DNA from: Patescibacteria group bacterium
GTDB lineage: Bacteria; Patescibacteriota; Patescibacteriia; 2-01-FULL-39-33
Reading direction: 5' to 3'
Length of the DNA: 64,000 bases
Assembly: GCA_041650895.1 (NCBI GenBank)
Contig: JBAZKF010000001.1
Span: forward strand, 209,685-273,684
In this document: piece by piece, positions 46,520 to 56,129 of the stretch
Position numbering within the stretch: position 1 is the stretch's first letter
Layout: every line of letters starts with the position of its first letter
The notes under the pieces: model-generated
What the model was told of the DNA's origin: nothing
Seen by the model: the letters and a program-made list of their open reading frames with translations, nothing else
Databases searched by the model: none
Program-made: the position numbers and the translations under genes

Positions 46520-46643
46520 ACGTTCAACTGCGATTTTTTGCTTCCACAAAAAATCTTGTTTCACTTCTGGCTTGTTCGAATCCCCCCCTGCAACTCCAGT
46601 CAAAAAGAAAAGACGGATTTAACCCCGTCTTTTCTTTTTGATA

Positions 46644-46725
46644 TGGGCCGGGAGGGATTCGAACCCCCGAAGGCAGAGCCAAGAGATTTACAGTCTCCCC
46701 CAGTTGACCACTTTGGTACCGACCC
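46644..46725 (-). tRNA. tRNA-Tyr (anticodon GUA), type II with a long variable arm
   Basis: Manual fold of the minus strand: acceptor GGGTCGG/CCGGCCC, anticodon stem GGAGA/TCTCT with loop CTGTAAA, variable arm TGGCTCTGCCTTC, T-arm GGGGG-TTCGAAT-CCCTC. Confidence 0.8.
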
Positions 46726-46805
46726 AAAATTCTATGGAAACATTAACATAATATAAGAAAAAAAGCAAGCCTATTAGGCATAACTGCAATAAAAGGCCCC
46801 AAAAG

Positions 46806-48005
46806 TTACTTGTACCTTAAAGCGTCTAACGGGTTAAGCTTGGAGGCACGGGATGACGGGTAGACGCCGGTCACAAAACCAACGACGGCGGAAAAAATCA
46901 CTACCACGAAAGTGAACTCCCAAGGCGTATAAAAAAGAGTTACTGTTTTGCCACCCAAGTTTTGAGCCAACAGATTAAATCCAAGATTAACCACGAAACC
47001 GGCAAAGTAACCGATTCCGATGCCGCCGATACCGCCCAAAAATCCCATGATAGCCGATTCCATCAAAAAAACTTTCTTAATATCGCGGCCGGAAATTCCG
47101 ATGGAGCGCATAATGCCGACCTCGTTAGTTTTTTCCAATAAAGATATAGTCATGGTATTAAACATGCCAATCGCCGAAACCAATAAGGCCACCGCGCCGA
47201 AAGACAACAAAATGATCTGAATAATGCCGAAAATCTTGTTGGCCTGATCAATAATATCCGATAAAGAAGAAACAATAAAGCCTCGGCTGACTATTTTCTC
47301 TCGAGCAATGTCCATGACTGCCTGACTTGTGACCTTAGCCTTCAATTGATCAAAATTAGCGACTTTCACTTCATTCAACGATCCCAGCTCTATAAAAATA
47401 AAAGGAGTATTTTCATCTTCCACGACGCCGACTATTTTGTATTTCTGCGGTTGTTTAACGATTTTTACTTCTTCCAAACCAGCGCCGTCAATGATCGGGA
47501 CATATAAAACCAATTCCACCTCTTTGCCGATAACGTCCTGGCCATTAATATTGAAAAGCTTGGCTCCGGCCGTAGAAATAACCGCCTGAGTCAAGTTGCC
47601 GGCCGGAAATACATCGCCCACAACCGGGACTGTGCCGTTAAGCCTGAAAAACGATTGATCAATGGCATAAACCATGCCATTAGCCGTACTGTTATCAATG
47701 GCCATTTGAGCGGAAACGGCAGTCATCCTGCTTACTTCTGAAATCTCGCTCATTTTACTGATTTCGTCAATATTACCTTGCGACAATTCTATTAAATTAG
47801 ACACTCCGGGACTGACGTCTAAACTCAATAAAGAATCAGCGCCGGTGATTCTATTCAGAATAACGCGCTGTAAACCATAACCGAAAGAAACTAAAAACAA
47901 AACCGTGCCAATGCCGACACTGACACCCAAGATGGTCAGAAAGGTGCGAAGAGGACGATTTTTAAAAATCCTCAGGGATAAATCCAAGGCGTCTTTAGTT
48001 TTCAT
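46806..48005 (-). CDS. ABC transporter permease, MacB/FtsX family
   Basis: 399 aa; N-terminal TM, periplasmic domain, C-terminal FtsX TM bundle; 4-bp overlap with the ATPase gene. Confidence 0.85.
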   Translation of the reverse strand: MKTKDALDLSLRIFKNRPLRTFLTILGVSVGIGTVLFLVSFGYGLQRVILNRITGADSLLSLDVSPGVSNLIELSQGNIDEISKMSEISEVSRMTAVSAQMAIDNSTANGMVYAIDQSFFRLNGTVPVVGDVFPAGNLTQAVISTAGAKLFNINGQDVIGKEVELVLYVPIIDGAGLEEVKIVKQPQKYKIVGVVEDENTPFIFIELGSLNEVKVANFDQLKAKVTSQAVMDIAREKIVSRGFIVSSLSDIIDQANKIFGIIQIILLSFGAVALLVSAIGMFNTMTISLLEKTNEVGIMRSIGISGRDIKKVFLMESAIMGFLGGIGGIGIGYFAGFVVNLGFNLLAQNLGGKTVTLFYTPWEFTFVVVIFSAVVGFVTGVYPSSRASKLNPLDALRYK

Positions 48006-49345
48006 ATTTTTTTATTGCTCAAAATTATGAATTCCAGATGTTTGGCAACTTTATCGGCTAAGCGTTTATCCAAACCCAAACCGCCCTTTGAAAAAGACAG
48101 GTCCATCTGCTTTCTTAATTGATCAAAATTAATTTCCCCCTTGATTCTTTCGGCGAGCAACTCCCTAAGGATAGCTGGCTGTTCCGGCTTGCGCAACTTA
48201 AAAGAAAAGTATGACAATAAATAATCCTTGACTTCTTCAACTATCTCCGGTCCGACATTCTGCGGGTCGTTCTTAGCCAAAATCTCGTTGAAATGCTTTA
48301 CTTCAACCGCCAAATTCTTCATTTTTTCCGCCAAACGCCTGGCCGTCCGAGAATTGAGCCCCAGCCCGCCTTCATAGATATCCTTATCCAAATAGTTGAA
48401 TAATTTGTCGCCGAACTTGCTTTTCGATTCCTTAACGGCAGAATCAATGATCCTTTCCAAACCAAAAAACTCATCCAAGGAATAACCGGTCAAAGACTCG
48501 CAAACAATATTCTTGGCTTGCCAATCGCTTAGGGTAGCGGCGGCTTTCAATTCTTCCGGAGCGGTTGAGGCTTGTTTTGATTTATCAGTCCCCAAATCAG
48601 CGGCCAAGACATTGTCTGGCAGATTTTCTTTTTTAGCCGATTCACCCAATTTACGATTGACTTTTTCATCAATAATCTTGCCGTCTTTCATATAGAAAAC
48701 ACGATGCGCATATTCCAAACTGCCGGGGCTGTGAGTGACTAAAATAACAGTCTTACCCTGTTTTTCGTTCAATTCTAACAAGGTGTTCATTACGTCAAAC
48801 GCCGATTTGGAATCAAGATTGCCGGTCGGCTCGTCAGCTAAGATCATTTGCGGATCGTTGATCAGCGCCCGGCAAATCGCCACACGTTGCTGTTGTCCGC
48901 CCGAAAGCTCATTAGGATACTTTTCCATTTGCTTGGTAATGCCAAAAAATTCCATCAATTCCTTGGCTTTCTTTTCCCGATCTTTGGTTTTGATATCCAG
49001 AGAAAATTGCGGAAGAACGATATTCTTGATTACCGGCAAAGAATTAACCAGATAAAAAGCCTGAAAAATCATCCCGATCATCTTCTGCCGATGAAAATCC
49101 AAGTCCTTGTTGTTAAATAGGGCCAAATTCTTATCATTGATTAAAATACTGCCTTCAATATTCCTTTCCAAACCGGCGATGGAATAAAGCAAGGTGGATT
49201 TGCCACAGCCGGAAGGCCCGAAAAAAATAATAAACTCGCCGGGATAAATTTCCAAGTTAGCGTTAAGCAGGGCATCAACCTGGTTGGGTTTGCCCTTAAA
49301 GTAGATAACATTTAAATCTTTAGTTTTGACTATGGGTTTTGGCAT
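48002..49345 (-). CDS. ABC transporter ATP-binding protein with a ~220-aa C-terminal extension carrying repeated GGLGL-x-R-x-A motifs
   Basis: Walker [10 protein letters not shown], signature [15 protein letters not shown], Walker [12 protein letters not shown]. The extension contains [19 protein letters not shown] and [19 protein letters not shown]. Confidence 0.85.
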   Translation of the reverse strand: MPKPIVKTKDLNVIYFKGKPNQVDALLNANLEIYPGEFIIFFGPSGCGKSTLLYSIAGLERNIEGSILINDKNLALFNNKDLDFHRQKMIGMIFQAFYLVNSLPVIKNIVLPQFSLDIKTKDREKKAKELMEFFGITKQMEKYPNELSGGQQQRVAICRALINDPQMILADEPTGNLDSKSAFDVMNTLLELNEKQGKTVILVTHSPGSLEYAHRVFYMKDGKIIDEKVNRKLGESAKKENLPDNVLAADLGTDKSKQASTAPEELKAAATLSDWQAKNIVCESLTGYSLDEFFGLERIIDSAVKESKSKFGDKLFNYLDKDIYEGGLGLNSRTARRLAEKMKNLAVEVKHFNEILAKNDPQNVGPEIVEEVKDYLLSYFSFKLRKPEQPAILRELLAERIKGEINFDQLRKQMDLSFSKGGLGLDKRLADKVAKHLEFIILSNKKI

Positions 49346-49368
49346 ACTGCTTGCTTATTATCTGCTTT

Positions 49369-52300
49369 CTACCTCCCGATGCCGGTCCAGCCGAAAACGT
49401 CCTCAAAATTCTTCATAATAACCTGGAAGACAGATTCCTTTTCTTTGGGAGTAAGAATGGTGTAAACCTTGGAAACGGAGGAATTGCCGTTGGAATCAGC
49501 GCTGATGATCTTGAATTGGTAAATGGCGCCCGGTTCAAAATCGGTAATGACAATAATATGCTTGCGAGAGAAACTGGTATCCAAAGGAGTCTTGTTCCAC
49601 CTGTCTTCCGCTATAACGTCAGCGCCTTTCTGATAGTAAACCTGACCGGTAGCCGGTTCATTGCTTACCCAAGAGACAATGGTCTGGATGCTGGTTTTAC
49701 GGCCGGGAGAAATGGCTGACTCGGTCTGGACTTGCTCAATAACCGGCGGATAATTATCTCGACCAGTCTGGAAGTCCGGAATCTCTTTAGTGATGATATT
49801 ACCCTTGGCATCAGTGCTGGAGAGTTCTATTTTGTAGGTAACGCCGGATTCAAACTCATTAATCTGCATTTCATGAATGGTGGTATAGTTTTTATCGCCC
49901 GAAACTTTAATCTCATCCAATATCAAAATATTATTACGGTAAGGCGTGTACTTTACTTGAGAATTGGTTTCACCGGTAGTAAGCCATCTAAAAATAGCGG
50001 TGCGATCGTCTACGTTCTGTATATTATAACTGGAAATCTCTAATTCCTGAGGCCTGGTCTTGAAAGTAAAATCCTTGGATTTGGATAAAGCGCCGCCCAA
50101 AGCCATGGAACGGACTTGGTAATGATAGGTGGTCTCCGGCTGTAAATCATACAAGGACACGACGTGAAGATTGGTTTGTTCTTCGCTATTGCCGATAACT
50201 TGCAGATAGGCGTCATCTCCCTGTTTGGAATCATATTTGTCATCGGGAGCCAGAGCAACGAGAGAGTTAGATTCCTTATCGGTTGACCAGGAGACGGTGG
50301 CGGAATTGGCGGTAACAATGACTCGCGGTTCACCACCTAACAAGGGCGGAGGGACCATTTCGGAAAGCTGGCGGATAAGGTTGTATTGGGAAGCTATGGC
50401 AGCCTCCAGAGAGTTAATGGAAACACGCCCGGACATGGCTGAGATGAAAGAAGCGGCGCGAGACATGGCAGCGGAAAACATTGAGTCATTATCAGTGACA
50501 GAAGCGCTGGAATCGGTTAGACTGGCATCGGCCGGCAAGCCCAGAGCGTCAGTGGTGACAAAAGTAGCATCTTCAGAAGTGCCAAGGTTGCCGTTTTCGT
50601 CGATAGAATTGACCCGATAATGATAAAGGGTGGAGGGCTGGAGATTGACTAAGGTATTGCTGTGGCTGGTAACCAAATTAGCTCCATAAGAAGCGTTTTT
50701 ATAAGCAGTATCCAAACCGAATTGCACTATGCTGTTAGCGGTTTTACTCGTCACCCAGCTTACCACGGCGCTATCGCCGGAAATACTGGAAACACCAACC
50801 TTAGAAACAATCGGCTTACTGCGATCAATAGATGATCCCCCGCCTCCACCGCCGCAAACTACGCCAGCCGCCCCGGCAGCTTCGCCGGTCGCTTGGGCCT
50901 GGAGCTCTCGCAACAGAATAGCTGATTCCTGTGAGAGGGTTTCCAAAGTAGTAAAAGAATATTCCAAGGTGGAGGAAGCCTCATTGCCTGAATTATCAGT
51001 AGAAATAACTTTGTAATAATAGGTGGTGGAGGAAGATAAACTGGAGAGGACAATATTGTGGTTAGTGTTAAGATTGGTATCTTCGGAACTGAGCGTGTAA
51101 TTGTCCGACTCTGTACCGTAGACCACTTGGGAATCGGACATTTCATTGGTGGTCCAATTAATCAAAGCTTGGGTGTCAATGACGATGGTGGAAGTAACAT
51201 TATCAATAACCGGAGCGACATCATCGTAAGGAGTAGTGAAAGAGTAATAATCGCCGGCATTATTGTCAGTGGCCACACCGGAAGCGACATAGTAATAATA
51301 AATAGTGCCGCGACTAAGTCCGGTCAACGCGATTTCATGACTAGTAACCTCTTCTGTGCCGCCCAAGTGCTCAAAGGAGGCAAAATCGTCGGAAGAAGTG
51401 TAGTAAACATCGGAATCGGCAACAATATCAGTATTCCAAACAATGGTGGCGTTATTATTAGCCACATTGCTGGCGGTAACGTTGCTAATAACCGGCCCGG
51501 AAACAGTAGTGAAGGAATAACCATCGCCCTCATTGGTATTAACACCGGAAACAGATAAAGCATTCTGCGACTCCACAGTAAAATTATAAGTTCGTCCAGG
51601 CAACAAATCAGTCAAAATTACACGATGACGTCCGATGTTACTAACATCCTGAACCATAGTAAGAGAGCCAACGGCAGTATCAAAATCCTTACTAGGATCT
51701 AATGAATAATGGATATAGGAGTTGGCCAGTTCATTGGTATCCCATTCAATAGTGGCGGTCTGGGTGGTGGTCGCAACAACCTCCACATTAGTCAGGATGG
51801 GCGGATTGGGATTGGATCCGCCAACTCCATCAGCAGAATCATTGACAACATTAGTATAAAAAGAAGTATTACCACTAGTGTCCTCCGCATAAACGCGATA
51901 GTAATGGGTAGAATCCAAAACGAGATCCTGGTGGAAATAAAAATTAATGGCATTATCATCAATTAGATCAATTTCTTCATAATCTACGCCGTCTGTCGAA
52001 TGCTCTACATGGTAATACTTGAAAGTAGTAGAAGCCAAAGCCTTCCAGACGATAAATTCTTGATAGGCCGGTACAAGGGTATCGGAAACATCCTTAATTA
52101 TAATATTGTTAAGCGTATCTGGCGTAATAGCACTAGCAGTTGAAGTATTATTGTAGGCATCCTTGAACATAACATAAACCCGTTGGGGGTTAGTGGTCAG
52201 CATAATACTGCTGGTAGTATTGTAATCAATATAACTGCAACCGCTGTAAGAGCTACTTAAAGTTACGCACATCTGCAAACTATCCGAGTCATCAGTGGCG

Positions 52301-55300
52301 CTAAGCGCGAGGGAAGCCGGATAATTAGAATCATTAATTGTGGCGCCATGGGCGTTAACCAAGATCGGATAAGCGCCAGGAGTCGGATTAGCCACATCCA
52401 GAACAAACGAGGCGGTAGTAGTTACTGCGGTATTATTGCCACCCTCCAAATCATCCAAAGTTATCCTGATTTGCGTCTCGGCCGCATATTGACCATTAAG
52501 ACCATCATTTTTGGCATCCCAAAGAACGGTGTAAGTAGAGGTAACGGTAGCACTGACCGTGGTTGTGCCAAAACCGGCTAAAAGTCCAGTTGTACCAGAG
52601 GCATTAGAAAGACGATCGGTCGAGATAGCCGTCCATGATTCTCCCCCATTAATAGATCGTTCAAATGAGGCAATAACGCAATTAGGACAATTAACCCCGG
52701 AAGAAGCCGTATCAGGATCAACAATAGAATAAGTTAGTAATACCTTACCATCACTGGAACGTTGACTGGCGGTAACCGAGTCGCCGGTGAATTCAGGCGG
52801 GGCATTAACTACATAAGTAACAGTTACATCAGAAACACTAGGAGTAGAGGTCCCGCCGGAAGCCAGTATTATCCGATATTGGAAGTATTGATCATCCCCT
52901 CCCGACATTAATGGATGATTAGTATCAGTAATGGTAATGTTATTTTGATTATACTCAAAATAGTTATCACCGGTACAGCCCGCCTCAGTATCGCCGTAAC
53001 CGCACCAAGGAGCGCTCTCTATTGTTGAGGTAGAAGCGGAACTGCGAATTTGTAACTTAACATTATTCTGTGTAGAGGTGCCTGTAGCCGTCCAAGCGAT
53101 TTTGGGAATAATATTGCCTGAGGAACCAGAGTCGTAGATGGAGGAAATAAGAGTGTTAGAAATAGTACCGAGAGAAAACTTAGCAACATTGAGCGACCAG
53201 TTGCCTTGATTGGCCGTAATATTTAAACGATAATATCGATAGCTAGCCATTGAGCTTAAATTATACGTTCTAGTTTCTGAAGCCGACCAACTAGGCACAT
53301 TAGTTTGCGTATCCAAGATTGAAAAAGTAGAAAAATCATCATTTGAACCCTGCAATGTCCATGTTTTTGGAGCAAAATTATTCTCGCTAGATTGAGCTGT
53401 AACTCTATAAGAAACAACAGGAATAACTTGAGACATATCTATCTGAAGCCAGCCATATGTATTTGTTGGCGCCCACCTTGTTGCCACAGAGCCATCAAAA
53501 GCTTTATAAGCGGCGCGAGAAGCGTCATACTCACTATCAGCTGAAACGACGTAAGGTGAATGTGACGTATTTGAGGATAAATCACTTGGCGACACCGTGG
53601 TATAAACTATATGATTCCTATCATAGCTACTCCAATTAATCGTTACATCATTTAAGGTCGCAACAGAACTAACATCGTTAGAAGTGAAGGTGGCGCGGTA
53701 TTGAAAATAGCGTTTACCACTAAGCGAAGCATCAGGAGTGGAACCACTGCTAATAGCCGTCCAAGCCGACCAATTAACATCATCATCACCAGTCGGTGAA
53801 GCAGTAGTACCGGTACGAACTTGCATAGTAACTGCTGTAACCCCACCAGTAGTGGAAGCGTTCCAACTGAAAGTTCCAAGATTAACACTAGCGCCAAAAT
53901 CTTTGACTGCGGAAGTAAATGCTCCCGAATTGGTTCCAAGCTGATCGGCTGGAGTAGTGGTAGAATTCTTAAGGCAACGGACGGGCATACCATTCATTTT
54001 AAAATAACCACCATTAGTATAAACATATCGACCGCTACCAGTACCAATAAGACGATTCCATGCAACATTACTACTGTACTGAGTAGCTGACCAAATATAA
54101 GTAGAGGCATTACGTCCGTAATACACACCATTACTCCACCGACTGCCGGCAGCAGGAATTAAAAAACCGAGCGTTGTACTTGTCCTTAAAGCAGTGCCTT
54201 CAGTAGTACCCAAACCAACATTTACAGTAGTTATATCATAAGGAAAAGTTGAAAGGCAGGTCGCACTATCCTTACCTAATAAACCGCAAACCGATAACTC
54301 TAAAGTATTAACTTCATAATGAGTCGGCACATGCCAGCCAGTTGGACATATACCTTGCGGACCAGGAGCTTCGGTTACTGAAGAGGAGGTGGCATTAAGG
54401 CCACTTTTCATTATAGTAATCCATTGATACAGATAACCTAACTTGTTGGCGTCAGTGGCCGCGGCACAATCCTCGGCAGTGTTGGCAGTATTTCCAGGGC
54501 AAGAATAATAAGCAGTGCTCAAACTGGCCCAAGCGGCAGATGTTGAGGCACTATCACCTTTTACGATAGCGTCTCCATTGGGATAATAAATGGTTTGTAA
54601 ATTCTGACCCATCCAACATTGGCTAGCGATATTAGTAATGGGGTAAGTAATTGATTCCACGCCTCTAACATCGGTCATCGTAGTACCAGAACCGCAAGGC
54701 TGACAGGTCGTACTGCAACTTCCGCTGTTACAATCATTATTCTGAGTACAAGATGCGCCATTTGCTAAACTGCAATACCCGCCAACACAGGAGTTAAGGG
54801 CGCATTCAGTGCTTGTTGAGCAAGATGCTTTAGCGGCTTTTAACGCTATGACTGAGCCGCTACTGCTAACATAAACATTAGTAGAAGAACCGGCTGAAAA
54901 ATCAGCCGTCAAAGTATCTATAGTGGTAGAAGAATAAATTGCCAAAGCTACAGATGAAGAAGCTTCAATGCCATCGTCTTTGCTATAATATTTATTCCAA
55001 TTGGTCTTATCACCAGGATGGGTGGCGATGGTGGAAGTGGACGCTCCCCCGCTCCAATCGGTCTGCACCCAGGCAAAGGTAGCGGCCATAACCCGAGAGA
55101 CAAAAAAGAAGCTCAAACAGAGGATTAACACGGTCAAAGCGATTGAACTGACCATCGTGGCCGTAGTCGCCCGTTTTTTCTTAACATGATGAACCCACAA
55201 GGCTTCTTTAAGATACTCCTCACGAACAATATTTGCCTTTTGCCTATTATCAAAATTAATACCTAGCGGTTTGGCGCTACTAAAAAGTAAATTAAAGCCA

Positions 55301-55701
55301 GAATCAATGTCGTGAATCAACAAAATAAAATAATAAAGTAATTTAAAGCGGAAATAAGGGGAATTAAGTTTACTGAAATCCTGCACATTTTTTTGAATAT
55401 AATGATCGGAAAGTTGGGAAATGCCGGGAATAGAAACGCCATAGCGGTAAGAGAGGTAAATGAATATATTAGCTGATAACAAAACGAGCAGGAATATACT
55501 GCTCCATCTTAAAACTATAAGGGAAGCGACCATTAAACCGATGATAATAGTTAACAAAAAAATGTCCCACAATTTTGATTTGGAACTTAAGAAACTTAAG
55601 AAATTTTTGTTTGAAAATCGGTTCTTTACTCGGTTCTTTGCCATTAAAATAATATTATCCCTCAATAATACTTCTTCGATACTAAAATACTTCTTCAACA
55701 C
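49369..55701 (-). CDS. Giant surface protein (about 2110 aa): N-terminal TM segments, a Fib_succ_major-like domain, a discoidin/F5-8 type C-like domain and multiple FN3 domains
   Basis: Fib_succ_major-like QCWMGQNLQ...GYLYQW...CPTGWHVPTHYEVNTLEL; discoidin-like RWAPTNTYGWLQIDMS...; FN3-like NPPILTNVEVVATTTQTATIEWDTNE and repeats. The N-terminal ~200 aa (55100-55701) are AT-rich and low-complexity; a start at MVSSIALTVL... is possible. Confidence 0.7.
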   Translation of the reverse strand: MLKKYFSIEEVLLRDNIILMAKNRVKNRFSNKNFLSFLSSKSKLWDIFLLTIIIGLMVASLIVLRWSSIFLLVLLSANIFIYLSYRYGVSIPGISQLSDHYIQKNVQDFSKLNSPYFRFKLLYYFILLIHDIDSGFNLLFSSAKPLGINFDNRQKANIVREEYLKEALWVHHVKKKRATTATMVSSIALTVLILCLSFFFVSRVMAATFAWVQTDWSGGASTSTIATHPGDKTNWNKYYSKDDGIEASSSVALAIYSSTTIDTLTADFSAGSSTNVYVSSSGSVIALKAAKASCSTSTECALNSCVGGYCSLANGASCTQNNDCNSGSCSTTCQPCGSGTTMTDVRGVESITYPITNIASQCWMGQNLQTIYYPNGDAIVKGDSASTSAAWASLSTAYYSCPGNTANTAEDCAAATDANKLGYLYQWITIMKSGLNATSSSVTEAPGPQGICPTGWHVPTHYEVNTLELSVCGLLGKDSATCLSTFPYDITTVNVGLGTTEGTALRTSTTLGFLIPAAGSRWSNGVYYGRNASTYIWSATQYSSNVAWNRLIGTGSGRYVYTNGGYFKMNGMPVRCLKNSTTTPADQLGTNSGAFTSAVKDFGASVNLGTFSWNASTTGGVTAVTMQVRTGTTASPTGDDDVNWSAWTAISSGSTPDASLSGKRYFQYRATFTSNDVSSVATLNDVTINWSSYDRNHIVYTTVSPSDLSSNTSHSPYVVSADSEYDASRAAYKAFDGSVATRWAPTNTYGWLQIDMSQVIPVVSYRVTAQSSENNFAPKTWTLQGSNDDFSTFSILDTQTNVPSWSASETRTYNLSSMASYRYYRLNITANQGNWSLNVAKFSLGTISNTLISSIYDSGSSGNIIPKIAWTATGTSTQNNVKLQIRSSASTSTIESAPWCGYGDTEAGCTGDNYFEYNQNNITITDTNHPLMSGGDDQYFQYRIILASGGTSTPSVSDVTVTYVVNAPPEFTGDSVTASQRSSDGKVLLTYSIVDPDTASSGVNCPNCVIASFERSINGGESWTAISTDRLSNASGTTGLLAGFGTTTVSATVTSTYTVLWDAKNDGLNGQYAAETQIRITLDDLEGGNNTAVTTTASFVLDVANPTPGAYPILVNAHGATINDSNYPASLALSATDDSDSLQMCVTLSSSYSGCSYIDYNTTSSIMLTTNPQRVYVMFKDAYNNTSTASAITPDTLNNIIIKDVSDTLVPAYQEFIVWKALASTTFKYYHVEHSTDGVDYEEIDLIDDNAINFYFHQDLVLDSTHYYRVYAEDTSGNTSFYTNVVNDSADGVGGSNPNPPILTNVEVVATTTQTATIEWDTNELANSYIHYSLDPSKDFDTAVGSLTMVQDVSNIGRHRVILTDLLPGRTYNFTVESQNALSVSGVNTNEGDGYSFTTVSGPVISNVTASNVANNNATIVWNTDIVADSDVYYTSSDDFASFEHLGGTEEVTSHEIALTGLSRGTIYYYYVASGVATDNNAGDYYSFTTPYDDVAPVIDNVTSTIVIDTQALINWTTNEMSDSQVVYGTESDNYTLSSEDTNLNTNHNIVLSSLSSSTTYYYKVISTDNSGNEASSTLEYSFTTLETLSQESAILLRELQAQATGEAAGAAGVVCGGGGGGSSIDRSKPIVSKVGVSSISGDSAVVSWVTSKTANSIVQFGLDTAYKNASYGANLVTSHSNTLVNLQPSTLYHYRVNSIDENGNLGTSEDATFVTTDALGLPADASLTDSSASVTDNDSMFSAAMSRAASFISAMSGRVSINSLEAAIASQYNLIRQLSEMVPPPLLGGEPRVIVTANSATVSWSTDKESNSLVALAPDDKYDSKQGDDAYLQVIGNSEEQTNLHVVSLYDLQPETTYHYQVRSMALGGALSKSKDFTFKTRPQELEISSYNIQNVDDRTAIFRWLTTGETNSQVKYTPYRNNILILDEIKVSGDKNYTTIHEMQINEFESGVTYKIELSSTDAKGNIITKEIPDFQTGRDNYPPVIEQVQTESAISPGRKTSIQTIVSWVSNEPATGQVYYQKGADVIAEDRWNKTPLDTSFSRKHIIVITDFEPGAIYQFKIISADSNGNSSVSKVYTILTPKEKESVFQVIMKNFEDVFGWTGIGR

Positions 55702-55841
55702 TAAATATTTTTTGATTTATTTGTTCATTGTTATTAGTATATTATACCATAAACAATGATGACGAGCAAAATAACAAACTGGGGATAAGTAAGTTTGCAG
55801 ACAATTCCCTGGCATCGGTTAATCTGATAAAAAATGATCAT

Positions 55842-55878
55842 AAAAAAATACTGTTTTCGACATTTCGAAAACAGTATT
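55842..55878 (-). terminator. Strong minus-strand intrinsic terminator (14-bp perfect stem AATACTGTTTTCGA-catt-TCGAAAACAGTATT followed by a U5 run), immediately 3' of the tRNA-like element
   Basis: Read directly. Confidence 0.7.
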
Positions 55879-55886
55879 ACTGGCTG

Positions 55887-56054
55887 AGCCGTTGTCCGGG
55901 CTTGAACCGGAGACCTCATCCTTACCATTAAATAGCCCTACCCCTAAACCCCGTATTTGCCGTATTATATTGGCAAAAATGAGAGTTTTGTTTATAAAAT
56001 GCGTACTGTCGTGTGGACCCATTTACCAGCCGGATTACCGGTTGGAAAAACGGC
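55887..56054 (-). ncRNA. Candidate structured RNA (~168 nt) with a tRNA-like 3' end (T-arm TCCGG-TTCAAGC-CCGGA, then CAACGGC-T) closed by a ~10-bp terminal stem with GCCGTTTTTCC at its 5' end; could instead be a tRNA 3'-half att fragment
   Basis: T-arm consensus read on the minus strand; no complete cloverleaf could be built. It lies 9 nt upstream of a strong terminator and 75 bp after the integrase stop. Confidence 0.3.
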
Positions 56055-56129
56055 TCAATTTGGCAACACTGCAATAAAGCTATTTAATTGTTAAGGTGGC
56101 TCATTGGGATCAGTGTTATTATAAACTAT

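Noticed and set aside
55887-56054. Complete canonical tRNA or tmRNA at the T-arm-containing element
   Set aside because: The D-arm and anticodon arm could not be built in any register, and 168 nt is too short for tmRNA. The RNase P-like string GTCCACACGACAG lacks the following CCGGCUUA of P4.
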